27,574 nt of DNA from a virus (IMGVR_UViG_3300001750_000020:1-27574), one strand, 5' to 3'. Shown: positions 7,912 through 16,821, counted from the stretch's first letter. Numbers and translations: made by a program. The notes: generated from the letters alone by a model not told the origin.

Positions 7912-8021
7912 TTAATTAGGCCCATATTGGGACCACCCTATTTTTGGAGGCTATATATACCAACGCTTCCAGACAACCCCATCCTAGCTATAGTATATAT
8001 AGGCAACTCAAAGAGGAAAAG

Positions 8022-8237
8022 ATGATGTACCAATTAATGAAAGTGATAGAGAGTGATGAAGTTGTTACAAGTGGTGAGACTACGAACAAGATTAAGCACC
8101 TTAAACGTAGACTTAGTAAGATGCGTAGGGGTTGGATTAAAACTGTAGGTGAGTTCCCTGAGCGTATCATCAGTGCTAGAGGGTTCAGTCGTGAAGGTAT
8201 GGAAGCTATACAAGCCATGAATGTGGAGGCTTTATGA
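8022..8237 (+). CDS. Hypothetical protein
   Basis: Start moved to ATG 8022 after a GAGG RBS; ATGA overlap with the next ORF. Confidence 0.55.
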   Translation: MMYQLMKVIESDEVVTSGETTNKIKHLKRRLSKMRRGWIKTVGEFPERIISARGFSREGMEAIQAMNVEAL

Positions 8238-8416
8238 AGACTAGGGTAGAGTACGAAGTCGAGCGAGAGGATACATGTGAGCGTCTTAGGAGTGAGATTG
8301 TATTGACAGGTAAGGGATGTAAGCTGTCTGAATGCGATAGCTGTCTATATTCACCTATAAATATGGATGTGTATATTACTTACCAACAATGGAGTGAAGA
8401 TACTAATGGAAACTAA
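8234..8416 (+). CDS. Hypothetical Cys-rich protein
   Basis: 60 aa, GGAGG RBS, CxxxxCxxC. Confidence 0.5.
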   Translation: MKTRVEYEVEREDTCERLRSEIVLTGKGCKLSECDSCLYSPINMDVYITYQQWSEDTNGN

Positions 8417-8693
8417 GTATATTATCGAAGGACTAAAAGGATTAGGCTTAGAGCATGTCAAGGATATCAACGAGTTCTTTGACAGCGAGGATATGGTAGG
8501 TGTTTGGTTCTCAGGTGAACAGGCTGTCGATATGTTGGAAGTTTATAACCCCTACTGGGACGAGACTAGCAGTGGTTATACCATATGGTTAGATGGACTT
8601 CTAGCGCCTATAGAGCGATTCTTAGATGCTTCTGGATGGTATTGGGAACCTTACGATTCAGGTACTATACACGCCTATCCTATGGAGGATTGA
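8406..8693 (+). CDS. Hypothetical acidic protein
   Basis: GGAG upstream of ATG 8406; coupled to its neighbours. Confidence 0.6.
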   Translation: METKYIIEGLKGLGLEHVKDINEFFDSEDMVGVWFSGEQAVDMLEVYNPYWDETSSGYTIWLDGLLAPIERFLDASGWYWEPYDSGTIHAYPMED

Positions 8694-8695
8694 TT

Positions 8696-8833
8696 ATGGC
8701 TACCCTATTGGCTTTATGTATTGCTATTGGACACGTTGTATATCTCCTAGAAGAGAAGCTATCCCAGATATGCGAAGAAGCTGATAGGAAACAGCATGAG
8801 AAGAAATCTGTAAGAGTGTGTAAGTTTGATTGA
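8696..8833 (+). CDS. Small hypothetical membrane protein
   Basis: GGAGG RBS; MATLLALCIAIGHVVYLL hydrophobic N-terminus. Confidence 0.45.
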   Translation: MATLLALCIAIGHVVYLLEEKLSQICEEADRKQHEKKSVRVCKFD

Positions 8834-8865
8834 TATGTATGTTGAATGACAGTTGGAGTACACTT

Positions 8866-9471
8866 ATGAATTTACAAGATGTGTTAGCTGAACACAAATT
8901 ATGGTTGGATACTAAGGGTAATAGTGGTAAACGTGCTAACTTAATAGGTGCTGAGTTAATAAATACTAATTTAAGCGGTGCTAATTTAAGCTACGCTAAT
9001 TTAATAGATGCTAATTTAGAAGGTGCTAATTTAAGAGGTGCTAATTTAATAGGTGTTGATTTAAGTAGAGCTAATTTAAGAGGTGTTGATTTAAGGTATG
9101 CTATCCTAAGTTATGCTGATTTAGAAGGTGCTAACTTAAGAGGTGCTAACTTAATAGGTGCTAACTTAAGAGGTGCTAATTTAGTAGGTGCTAATTTAAT
9201 AGGTGTTGATTTAATAGGTGTTGATTTATCAGGTTATGATTTATTTAATACTATAGGTGATGGTTCTTATATACAAACAATCCAGACAGGTGAGTATCAT
9301 ATAAACATAACAGATACTAATATACAAATAGGTTGTAAGAACTATTCTAAGAGCGAGTGGATGGCATTTACAGATAAAGAAATTTTAGAAATGGATGGTC
9401 GTAAGGCTTTAACATTCTGGAAGAAGTGGAAAAACATATTGAAACTAGCTATTGAAGATACAGGGGAATAA
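8866..9471 (+). CDS. Pentapeptide-repeat protein with DUF5758-like C-terminal domain
   Basis: About 20 A(N/D)Lxx repeats, then IQIGCKNYSKSEW...ALTFWKKWK; GGAG RBS before ATG 8866. Confidence 0.88.
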   Translation: MNLQDVLAEHKLWLDTKGNSGKRANLIGAELINTNLSGANLSYANLIDANLEGANLRGANLIGVDLSRANLRGVDLRYAILSYADLEGANLRGANLIGANLRGANLVGANLIGVDLIGVDLSGYDLFNTIGDGSYIQTIQTGEYHINITDTNIQIGCKNYSKSEWMAFTDKEILEMDGRKALTFWKKWKNILKLAIEDTGE

Positions 9472-9473
9472 CA

Positions 9474-9644
9474 ATGATATCATACGAAATTAAAGCTAAA
9501 GGCCGTGCCGATAAGATTTTACCTATGAGTAATCTTAAGGAGTTGAGTGCATATCTGAAAGATTGTAGAGTTAAGCGTAACCTAGTTACAGAGTTAACTG
9601 TTACAACTGAACCTAACTATTTTAAGACTAGTCAAGGAGTTTAA
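9474..9644 (+). CDS. Hypothetical protein (56 aa)
   Basis: GGGG RBS; fills the gap between neighbours; read manually. Confidence 0.5.
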   Translation: MISYEIKAKGRADKILPMSNLKELSAYLKDCRVKRNLVTELTVTTEPNYFKTSQGV

Positions 9645-9645
9645 G

Positions 9646-9912
9646 ATGAGTAAGTTTAAAGTAGGTGATATATTAGTTGGTAATGTGGGCAGCCCTTATG
9701 TTTTTACTGGGGCTGGTTCTATAGTTGAGGTTGTTGACTTGCTACCAGATATGGAGATATGTCTAACAGTGAAGGTATACTATATACATTGTGATGCTCT
9801 CACTTTTATGGAGAAGAAACAAGCCTATGATACTCTCCTATATGTACAAGAAGAGTACTTCACATTATATGATGATATACTAGTTGAAGGGGTGGAGGAT
9901 GAACCAAGTTAA
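9646..9912 (+). CDS. Hypothetical protein (FKVGD-type small beta-barrel)
   Basis: AGGAG RBS; MSKFKVGD start common in phage small proteins. Confidence 0.6.
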   Translation: MSKFKVGDILVGNVGSPYVFTGAGSIVEVVDLLPDMEICLTVKVYYIHCDALTFMEKKQAYDTLLYVQEEYFTLYDDILVEGVEDEPS

Positions 9913-10240
9913 GAAAGCTTTTATTTATATATTCATTATGTACCTATCTATATTACTAGGTTTATTCTTCCTAGGATATTCATCTGGTGTAATGGTAGAT
10001 GATATCACTAAACTAGGTACTATATCTTTCAAGTTTGATAAGAATAACCTAGTAACTTTTGAAAGAGTAATTTATAAAGTACGTCATCAGTGTGTAATGA
10101 TAAGTGAGAAGCAAGGACTACGTGTTTTTGTAGAATGTACTGTTGTCAATGACAGTGAAGGTGGTTGTCAGTTCAATGGGACATACTGTAAAGGGTATCA
10201 TCCAGACACATATCGTCCTATGAGTAAGATAAAAATTTAA
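9899..10240 (+). CDS. Hypothetical membrane-anchored protein
   Basis: GGAGG RBS; N-terminal TM helix. Confidence 0.55.
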   Translation: MNQVKKAFIYIFIMYLSILLGLFFLGYSSGVMVDDITKLGTISFKFDKNNLVTFERVIYKVRHQCVMISEKQGLRVFVECTVVNDSEGGCQFNGTYCKGYHPDTYRPMSKIKI

Positions 10241-10258
10241 GAGTATGAGGAAAGTATT

Positions 10259-10390
10259 ATGAACATTAAAGGGTGGTCTATAGAAGAGACTATGGAGCTG
10301 TTCGTTGATATCTTTGATTATGATAAGAACTACCTCCAGGAGGCTACTGAGTATATCAACAACGGTGCTGAGGACTTATCATATCTTTAA
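10259..10390 (+). CDS. Small hypothetical protein (43 aa)
   Basis: GAGG RBS; read manually. Confidence 0.45.
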   Translation: MNIKGWSIEETMELFVDIFDYDKNYLQEATEYINNGAEDLSYL

Positions 10391-10491
10391 AATATAGAAG
10401 TGTCACATCCTGAATAAAACTTACATTATTAAAAATTCCATTAGAGGTATGTTCGATAACCTCTATTAAATAAAACTATAGGGGAATCAAC

Positions 10492-10659
10492 GTGTTAACA
10501 TATAAAGAGTTAGACGAGTTTAGTATAATGATAAACGAACCTGGTGACATAGTGACAGTTGGTGAATATACTTTCCGTATTAACCCAGATGGTACGTTAG
10601 ATTGGTTAGATATTGAATCTGAGTCAGAAGAATTTGAATGGGCTGGAGTACACTTATGA
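10492..10659 (+). CDS. Small acidic hypothetical protein (55 aa)
   Basis: GTG start after GGGGA; ends with an ATGA overlap into the ORF at 10656. Confidence 0.45.
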   Translation: MLTYKELDEFSIMINEPGDIVTVGEYTFRINPDGTLDWLDIESESEEFEWAGVHL

Positions 10660-10828
10660 ATTTACAAGATGTGTTAGCTGAACACAAATTATGGTTGGAT
10701 ACTAAGGGTAATAGTGGTAAACGTGCTAACTTAATAGGTGTTGATTTAATAGGTGTTGATTTATCAGGTTATGATTTATTTAATACTATAGGTGATGGTT
10801 CTTATATACAAACAATCCAGACAGGTGA
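10644..10828 (+). repeat. Exact internally deleted duplicate of the pentapeptide-repeat gene (truncated ORF 10656-10844)
   Basis: 10644-10740 = 8854-8950 and 10741-10828 = 9206-9293; 255 nt (17 pentapeptides) are missing. Confidence 0.9.
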
Positions 10829-10840
10829 AGGGGAAGGACT

Positions 10841-11080
10841 TTGAATGGCAAACAAGCAAGAGCACTGCGTAAGATAGCAGCGGAGTACGCAGAAGATCCA
10901 GCAGAAACTACTAACATTAATGTACAGGTGAGGACTAGAGAGAGTGGTAAGCGTGTACAGAATGATGATGGTGTGTGGGTTAACGAGCAAGTTCCTGTTG
11001 TAACCTATACACAGGTACACCTTAACGGCACAGCACGTCAACAGTATAAGGGTATCAAGAAGGCGTATAAAAGAGGATAA
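10841..11080 (+). CDS. Hypothetical protein (MNGKQARALRK-type small phage protein)
   Basis: TTG start after AAGGA; directly upstream of the primase. Confidence 0.65.
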   Translation: MNGKQARALRKIAAEYAEDPAETTNINVQVRTRESGKRVQNDDGVWVNEQVPVVTYTQVHLNGTARQQYKGIKKAYKRG

Positions 11081-11083
11081 ATA

Positions 11084-13621
11084 ATGAGTGGGATTGTACT
11101 ACAGAAAGTTGAGATAGATGGAAGAACAGTACAACTGTTCCAAGATGAGGCTAGCGGTAAGATTACTGGGTACAGTTTCTCACAGGATAGATACTACGAT
11201 AACCCACTAGAAGATAATCTCCCTGAAGACTTTAAACCCACTAAGATGGGAATGTCTGAAGAAGAGATGAAGGAGAAGGTTAGGGAGATATGGAACTATC
11301 CAACTGCTGACCTAGACGATGGCCTACTTAGAGCTGAAACACTAAAGCGATTTGGTATTAAGGTTGGCTTGAGTGAAGCAGATGGGGAGACACCTAATAC
11401 TATCCACTTTCCGTACAGGAAGAAAGGTAAGATTATAGGTTATAAGTCTAAGCTAATTAGCCCTAAAAAGTTCTGGTCTGTTGGCCCTATCAAAGACTCT
11501 GAGTTGTTCGGATGGAAGGAAGCGGTCCTCAGTGGAAGTAATAAGCTCTATATTACAGAAGGAGAATGCTTTGAACCTAGCTCTGAGGTATTAACAAGAA
11601 AGGGTTGGGTTCCATTAGATGAGTTTAAGGGGGAGGATGTACTACAGGTATTAGAGGATGGAAGTAGTGAATTTGTAAAACCTATAGCTAAAGTAGTTAA
11701 AGAATACAGTGGTGATATGATTCACTATGAATCTGGAAGCTTCAAGTCCACAACTACGGAGGGACACAAGCTGGTACGTGTTGACAATGGTGGACTTACC
11801 AAGGTTAGCAGCACCTCACATATCCATCTACCTATACCTAGAGCTTCGCAGTTCTCTAAAGATGTGGATTGTGACTTAACAGATATTCAAATACAGACAT
11901 TGGTTATGTTCTCAGCAGATTTTTCTCTGCGTGAAGGTGGAGATATCTATGGATGTTTCTCTAAGGAAAGAAAGATTGAGAGAGCTACTGAGTTACTTGA
12001 TAGACTAGGTGTTAGATACTCTTCTAACTTGGAATCTAGTGGAATGACTAATTTCTATATACGTAGAGGACAAGGGGTATTATTCCAGAAAGAGTTTGAC
12101 CAATCTCTCATATTGTCTATGAGTAGGAGACAACTTGTATTATTTCAAAAGGAGTTGGTTCACTGGGATGGCAATAGTGTACCTAATAGAAATCAAGAAG
12201 AGTATTCTAGTAAGATATTAGGTAATGCTACTACTGTACAAACCGTGTGCCACCTGTTAGGTTTTACTTCCACAATTATTCGTAGGTCTAACGAGTTGGG
12301 TAGTTGGTTCAAAGTGAGTATGTTATACGGAAAGTCTACTTCATCAACTCAGAAAGGATACACTAGGAAGGAGTATAGCGGCACAGTAATGTGTGTAACT
12401 GTACCCTCCGGAATGATAATGGTTAGGCAGGATGAATCTATCTCTGTTTCAGGAAACTGTGATACGGCAGCCACATATCAGATGTTGAAGGATAAGAATG
12501 CTGGAACTAAGTGGGAGGATATAGAACATGCTGTCATATCTGTACCTAATGGTGCTGGTGCTGCTAAGTCTGCTCTAATGAAGCAAGCGTCTACTATCAA
12601 GCGTAAGTTTGATGAGGTTGTACTCCTGTTTGATATGGACGGACCTGGGCAGAAGGCTGCTATTGAAGTTGCGAAGGTGTTACCTAATGTCAAGATTGCA
12701 GACATGCCATTGAAGGATGCACGTGAATGTCTTATCAAAGGGAGGCAGAAGGCGTTCTGTAATTCAGTCATATTCAAAGCTGAGAAGCCAAAGAATACAA
12801 GGCTATTGTCTATAGACTCTTTGTTTAAGAAGGCGAGAGAGCCTATAGCGCATGGGTATTCATACCCCTGGCCTAGGACAACAGAGCTAACTAGGGGTAT
12901 ACACTTAGGTCAGACAATATACATAACAGCACCAGAGAAGGTAGGCAAGAGCGAGTTATTAAATGCTATAGCAGTACACTGCATGGAAGAACATAACTTA
13001 AAGTGCCTATTGATGAAACCTGAAGAGGACCCAGCACACACCGTTAAGATGTTAGCAGGTAAGATAGCAGGTAAGTTTTTCAATGACCCAAATATCCCAT
13101 TCGATTATGAGGCATATGATAAAGCTACCACTAAGTTAGCAGGTAAGGCTACTATATTGGATGTGTATCAAGACTTATCTTGGGATACTATGCAGGATGA
13201 CATAAGGTATGCTGCTTCAGAGGGGACTAAGATTGTATTTGTTGACCCACTGACAGCAGCTACCACAGGACTGAGTGCATCTGATGCTAACACTAAGCTA
13301 CAGGAAATAGCGCAAGGTCTTTCCACAATGTCTAAGGATTTAGGTATCACTATCTTTATCTTTACACATACAAGAAATCCTAAGAGTGGCCTAGCCTTCA
13401 ATCGTGGTGGACATATCGAGGTAGGTGATATCACAGGAGGTAGGGCTATGGGACGTTCAGCTCATCAAGTGTTTGCCCTACAGTCTAACCAAGACCCTGA
13501 GCTTAGCGAGGACGAAAGAAACCTAAGAGAGTTGGTCCTACTTGCTGATAGGAATATAGGTGCAATCGGTACTACCAACTTGTTTTGGGATAAGAACACA
13601 TCCCTGTTTAATGAAGTTTAA
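11084..13621 (+). CDS. T7 gp4-like DNA primase/helicase precursor containing an intein
   Basis: TOPRIM motifs ITEGE|CD, SVPNGA, LFDMDGPG and KDARE; DnaB-type helicase Walker A TAPEKVGKS and FVDPLT. Confidence 0.92.
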   Translation: MSGIVLQKVEIDGRTVQLFQDEASGKITGYSFSQDRYYDNPLEDNLPEDFKPTKMGMSEEEMKEKVREIWNYPTADLDDGLLRAETLKRFGIKVGLSEADGETPNTIHFPYRKKGKIIGYKSKLISPKKFWSVGPIKDSELFGWKEAVLSGSNKLYITEGECFEPSSEVLTRKGWVPLDEFKGEDVLQVLEDGSSEFVKPIAKVVKEYSGDMIHYESGSFKSTTTEGHKLVRVDNGGLTKVSSTSHIHLPIPRASQFSKDVDCDLTDIQIQTLVMFSADFSLREGGDIYGCFSKERKIERATELLDRLGVRYSSNLESSGMTNFYIRRGQGVLFQKEFDQSLILSMSRRQLVLFQKELVHWDGNSVPNRNQEEYSSKILGNATTVQTVCHLLGFTSTIIRRSNELGSWFKVSMLYGKSTSSTQKGYTRKEYSGTVMCVTVPSGMIMVRQDESISVSGNCDTAATYQMLKDKNAGTKWEDIEHAVISVPNGAGAAKSALMKQASTIKRKFDEVVLLFDMDGPGQKAAIEVAKVLPNVKIADMPLKDARECLIKGRQKAFCNSVIFKAEKPKNTRLLSIDSLFKKAREPIAHGYSYPWPRTTELTRGIHLGQTIYITAPEKVGKSELLNAIAVHCMEEHNLKCLLMKPEEDPAHTVKMLAGKIAGKFFNDPNIPFDYEAYDKATTKLAGKATILDVYQDLSWDTMQDDIRYAASEGTKIVFVDPLTAATTGLSASDANTKLQEIAQGLSTMSKDLGITIFIFTHTRNPKSGLAFNRGGHIEVGDITGGRAMGRSAHQVFALQSNQDPELSEDERNLRELVLLADRNIGAIGTTNLFWDKNTSLFNEV
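11567..12457 (+). mobile_element. Intein (297 aa) with LAGLIDADG-type homing endonuclease domain
   Basis: Starts CFEPSSEVLTRKGW, has block B TTTEGHK, ends VSGN followed by Cys+1; endonuclease motifs LVMFSADFS and LVHWDGN. Confidence 0.9.
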
Positions 13622-13639
13622 TTAATAGGATGAGTACTC

Positions 13640-14260
13640 ATGTATTATAATATAGAGGAACGTATTGGAACAATCAATAAGTTCTACAGCAGCCGTTATG
13701 AAGACCTATGGCGCTATGCTATGAACAAATCTAGAGGTGGGGACCATTGGGGTTTATCCAGTGAAGATGATGCAATGGCTGTAGTGCATGAGACATTCAT
13801 CTACCATATAAATAACCCTGATATGTTCCTAGTTGGCTATGCTTGGAATAAGATTCAACAGATGAGGAAGGACTACATTAGGAAGGAAGGTGAGTACAAT
13901 GAAGTAGTTAACAGATACAAGGAAGAAGTTGATGTTAACACACAGACTTTCAGTAATACAACTTCAGTTGACCCGATAGAAAAGGTTATGTGGTTTGAAA
14001 ATCAGGCTTTATTATATGAAGAACTAGATAAGGTAAGTGAGACATCTTCAGTATTTATATATCGATTCTTGAGAGGTGATATGGAAGAGGGTACAGAGCA
14101 ACGAGATGCTGTAAAGTATTTTAATAGACGTATGGAAAAGAAGTACGGATACACAAAACTTGATAGAGGTAAAGGTAATGAGACTGTTAGCAGTAGAGGA
14201 CATAAAGATATTGGATGCAACTGTAAAGGAGAGTGCAGGCTACATACTTTCGCCACCTGA
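13640..14260 (+). CDS. Putative phage-encoded ECF/sigma70-like transcription factor
   Basis: FYSSRYEDLWRYAM...SEDDAMAVVHETFI resembles sigma region 2; LYEELDKVSETSSVFIY resembles the start of region 4. Confidence 0.55.
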   Translation: MYYNIEERIGTINKFYSSRYEDLWRYAMNKSRGGDHWGLSSEDDAMAVVHETFIYHINNPDMFLVGYAWNKIQQMRKDYIRKEGEYNEVVNRYKEEVDVNTQTFSNTTSVDPIEKVMWFENQALLYEELDKVSETSSVFIYRFLRGDMEEGTEQRDAVKYFNRRMEKKYGYTKLDRGKGNETVSSRGHKDIGCNCKGECRLHTFAT

Positions 14261-14498
14261 GTACTATGGTGTATCGATGATGACATTAGCATTCTACCAT
14301 ATCAAATGGGTAGCTGTTAATCCAGGTGGGCACGTCAATGGATTTAATAAGAAGCCATACTTTAATGGGAGTAACTGGGTTATTCGTGTAAACTATCTTG
14401 ACACAGAGTGGGGTGGATTTTCACTAGGTCGTTACTCTCTTAAACCAAATGAAAGTTATAATGAAACAATAAAGGAAGTTAATCATGGAAACAACTGA
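14178..14498 (+). CDS. Hypothetical protein
   Basis: Start uncertain; overlaps the 3' end of the sigma-like ORF. Confidence 0.5.
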   Translation: MRLLAVEDIKILDATVKESAGYILSPPEYYGVSMMTLAFYHIKWVAVNPGGHVNGFNKKPYFNGSNWVIRVNYLDTEWGGFSLGRYSLKPNESYNETIKEVNHGNN

Positions 14499-14637
14499 AC
14501 ATGAGGATGTTATGAATTACTGTGAAGAGTTTGGGTATATGTATATGGAAGAGTTTGAGAGAGATGAAGAGGTATACATAACTGAGTTAGACCAAGTGTG
14601 GATGGAATCATTTGATGTAGGACAGTACCATGCGTAA
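14485..14637 (+). CDS. Small acidic hypothetical protein (50 aa)
   Basis: AAGGA RBS; read manually. Confidence 0.45.
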   Translation: METTEHEDVMNYCEEFGYMYMEEFERDEEVYITELDQVWMESFDVGQYHA

Positions 14638-14738
14638 TACTATAATGGAGTATCTACTTATATTTGGTATAACTATCCTAATTCTAGAGGCTGCTGCTTC
14701 TTTCTTCTACCCTAATGCTTTACTGATGTAGGTGTAAT

Positions 14739-16649
14739 ATGAAAAAGAATTTGTGGGTAGGGGACTTAGAATCCAATGGATTACTAGACGAGGCTACAGT
14801 AATACACTGTGGAGTATTTAAGAATTATCATACAAAGGAGAAGGTATACTTCACTCCGGAGAACATCACAGGACTTATTGCATTCTTAGATACAGTTGAT
14901 GAACTGATAATACATAATGGTCTAGGGTTTGATAAGAAACTTCTAAAGAAGATATTAGACTACGACTTCAAGGGAAAGATATTTGATACTCTTGTTGCTT
15001 CACGAACACTGTCACCTAACCGCAGGTTACCAAAGGAATGCCATAACAAGAGAGCTGGACCTCATAGCTTAGAGGCATGGGGCTATCGGGTAGGTAGAGG
15101 CAAGCCTGAGTACGATGAGTGGGAAGAGTATGATGATGAAATGCTACACCGCTGTGATGAAGATGTAGAGATTAATGTACTAGTGTATGATGTAATACAG
15201 GCAGAGATGAAGTGTGGTGACTGGACTAAGGCAATGCCTTTAACACAGAAACTATTTGAAATAACTGAGAAGATGCAAGACTATGGCTGGTTAGTTGACC
15301 AAGACTGGATGGATGAATGTATCATAACACTTGAAGATGAGTTTGATAAGATTGACAAAGAGGTTATTCCCAGTCTACCTTATATAATTGAAGTGGATTT
15401 AAAGAGTACTGAAGTTAAGAAGCCATTCATTAAGTCTGGACATTATAGTTCTCAAATGTTTGAATGGTTTGCGAATACCAGTACATCCTTCTATGATATG
15501 ATGGATAGGGTTGAATCTAGGGAAGTGGCAGGCCCTTTCTGTAGGGTACTACCAAGGCAAGTTGACCTGACTAGTCGTAAGGAAATGATTGAACTCCTTC
15601 TTAATGAAGGGTGGATACCGGATGAATGGAACATAGACAAGAAGACAAAGGAGAGGACTTCACCTAAGTTATCATACAAGGATAAGTTTGTCGGTATTGA
15701 AGGGAAGGTAGGTAAACTTGCAGCGAGACGGGTACAAATTAGGCATCGACATTCTCTTATAAAAGGGCTGTACAAACACATTAGACCAGACGGAAGGATA
15801 GGCCAACGTGTTACTGGCTTAGCTGTCACTGGGCGGGCTAAGCATTCCGCTATAGTAAACATACCCAACTCAGAGGCTTACTTTGGGAAGGAGCTGAGAA
15901 AGATATTTACTGTTCCTGATGGTAAAGTGCTGATAGGAGTTGACTCAGATAGCTGTCAGAACAGGATGCTAGCTGCTAGAGTTAACGACCCTGAATTTAC
16001 TAAGACTATTCTGGAGGGAACTAAGGAAGGCAAGACAACAATACACTTTGTAAACCAGAGGGTACTTAAGGAGGTAGGGTATGATGTAAGCTATGGTATG
16101 TCTAAGAACATTGGTTACGCTTTTAATTTTGGGGCGTCAGATACTAAGTTAGGTAGTATGGTGAGAGGTACTAAGGATGATGGTACTAAGGTTAGAGCTG
16201 CACTGTTAAGCGTAAGTGCTGGACTTGAAACACTACTGAACAACTTGAGGGATGGGTGGGAACATACAGCACTTAAGCGTAAAGGTAAGTGGGGTAAGTG
16301 GAACTTCTATAACGGTATTCTGAAAGGTTTAGATGGTAGGCCGATACATGTGGAGAGTCCGCATGCATTACTTGTTTACCAATTACAATCTGATGAGGCA
16401 ATCCTAATGACCTACGCTTACCTGTATCTATACAAATGGTGTAACGAGAAAGGTTGGACGTGGGGTGAGGATTGGGCATATGTAGGTTGGAATCACGATG
16501 AATTCCAATGCGAGGTAAATCCAGAGATAGCTGATGAGTTTTCTAAGTTAGCCTCTCGTTCCATAGAATACGCTGGTAAGGTTTTAAAAATTAATATACC
16601 CCATATTGGGGATGCAGACCAGGGGAGAACTTGGCTTGACACGCACTGA
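14739..16649 (+). CDS. Family A DNA polymerase with 3'-5' exonuclease (T7 gp5-like)
   Basis: Exo motifs DLESNG, HNGLGFD, HSLEAWG and RCDEDV; polymerase motifs TGRAKH, A (GVDSDSCQNR), B (SKNIGYAFNFG) and C (HDEFQ). Confidence 0.95.
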   Translation: MKKNLWVGDLESNGLLDEATVIHCGVFKNYHTKEKVYFTPENITGLIAFLDTVDELIIHNGLGFDKKLLKKILDYDFKGKIFDTLVASRTLSPNRRLPKECHNKRAGPHSLEAWGYRVGRGKPEYDEWEEYDDEMLHRCDEDVEINVLVYDVIQAEMKCGDWTKAMPLTQKLFEITEKMQDYGWLVDQDWMDECIITLEDEFDKIDKEVIPSLPYIIEVDLKSTEVKKPFIKSGHYSSQMFEWFANTSTSFYDMMDRVESREVAGPFCRVLPRQVDLTSRKEMIELLLNEGWIPDEWNIDKKTKERTSPKLSYKDKFVGIEGKVGKLAARRVQIRHRHSLIKGLYKHIRPDGRIGQRVTGLAVTGRAKHSAIVNIPNSEAYFGKELRKIFTVPDGKVLIGVDSDSCQNRMLAARVNDPEFTKTILEGTKEGKTTIHFVNQRVLKEVGYDVSYGMSKNIGYAFNFGASDTKLGSMVRGTKDDGTKVRAALLSVSAGLETLLNNLRDGWEHTALKRKGKWGKWNFYNGILKGLDGRPIHVESPHALLVYQLQSDEAILMTYAYLYLYKWCNEKGWTWGEDWAYVGWNHDEFQCEVNPEIADEFSKLASRSIEYAGKVLKINIPHIGDADQGRTWLDTH

Positions 16650-16821
16650 GTTAGATAATTTTAAAAGTAAATTGTCCTACGATAAGAGCACTGGAAAGGT
16701 ACTACGCACTTGTGGAATGAAAGAACCTAGGCTAACATCGCATGAGTACTATCAGATACAAGTGGACCTTAAGTTATACTTAGAACATATGTTGGTATGG
16801 TTTAAAGATGAAACAAGTTAA
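16636..16821 (+). pseudogene. Truncated HNH homing endonuclease remnant
   Basis: KLSYDKSTG...YYQIQVDLKLYLEHMLVW matches the N-terminus of phage HNH_3 endonucleases (LxYDPxTG...Y..I.idgk.YlaHRlaW) but stops before the HNH core. Confidence 0.6.

Noticed and set aside
8930-9240. CRISPR-like array
   Set aside because: These are 15-nt coding repeats of a pentapeptide protein with no spacers.
8854-10828. Diversity-generating retroelement TR/VR pair
   Set aside because: The copies show no adenine-specific mismatches and there is no reverse transcriptase in the window.
14739-16649. DpoZ / 2-aminoadenine (Z-genome) system
   Set aside because: No purZ, datZ or mazZ-like gene is recognisable in the window.
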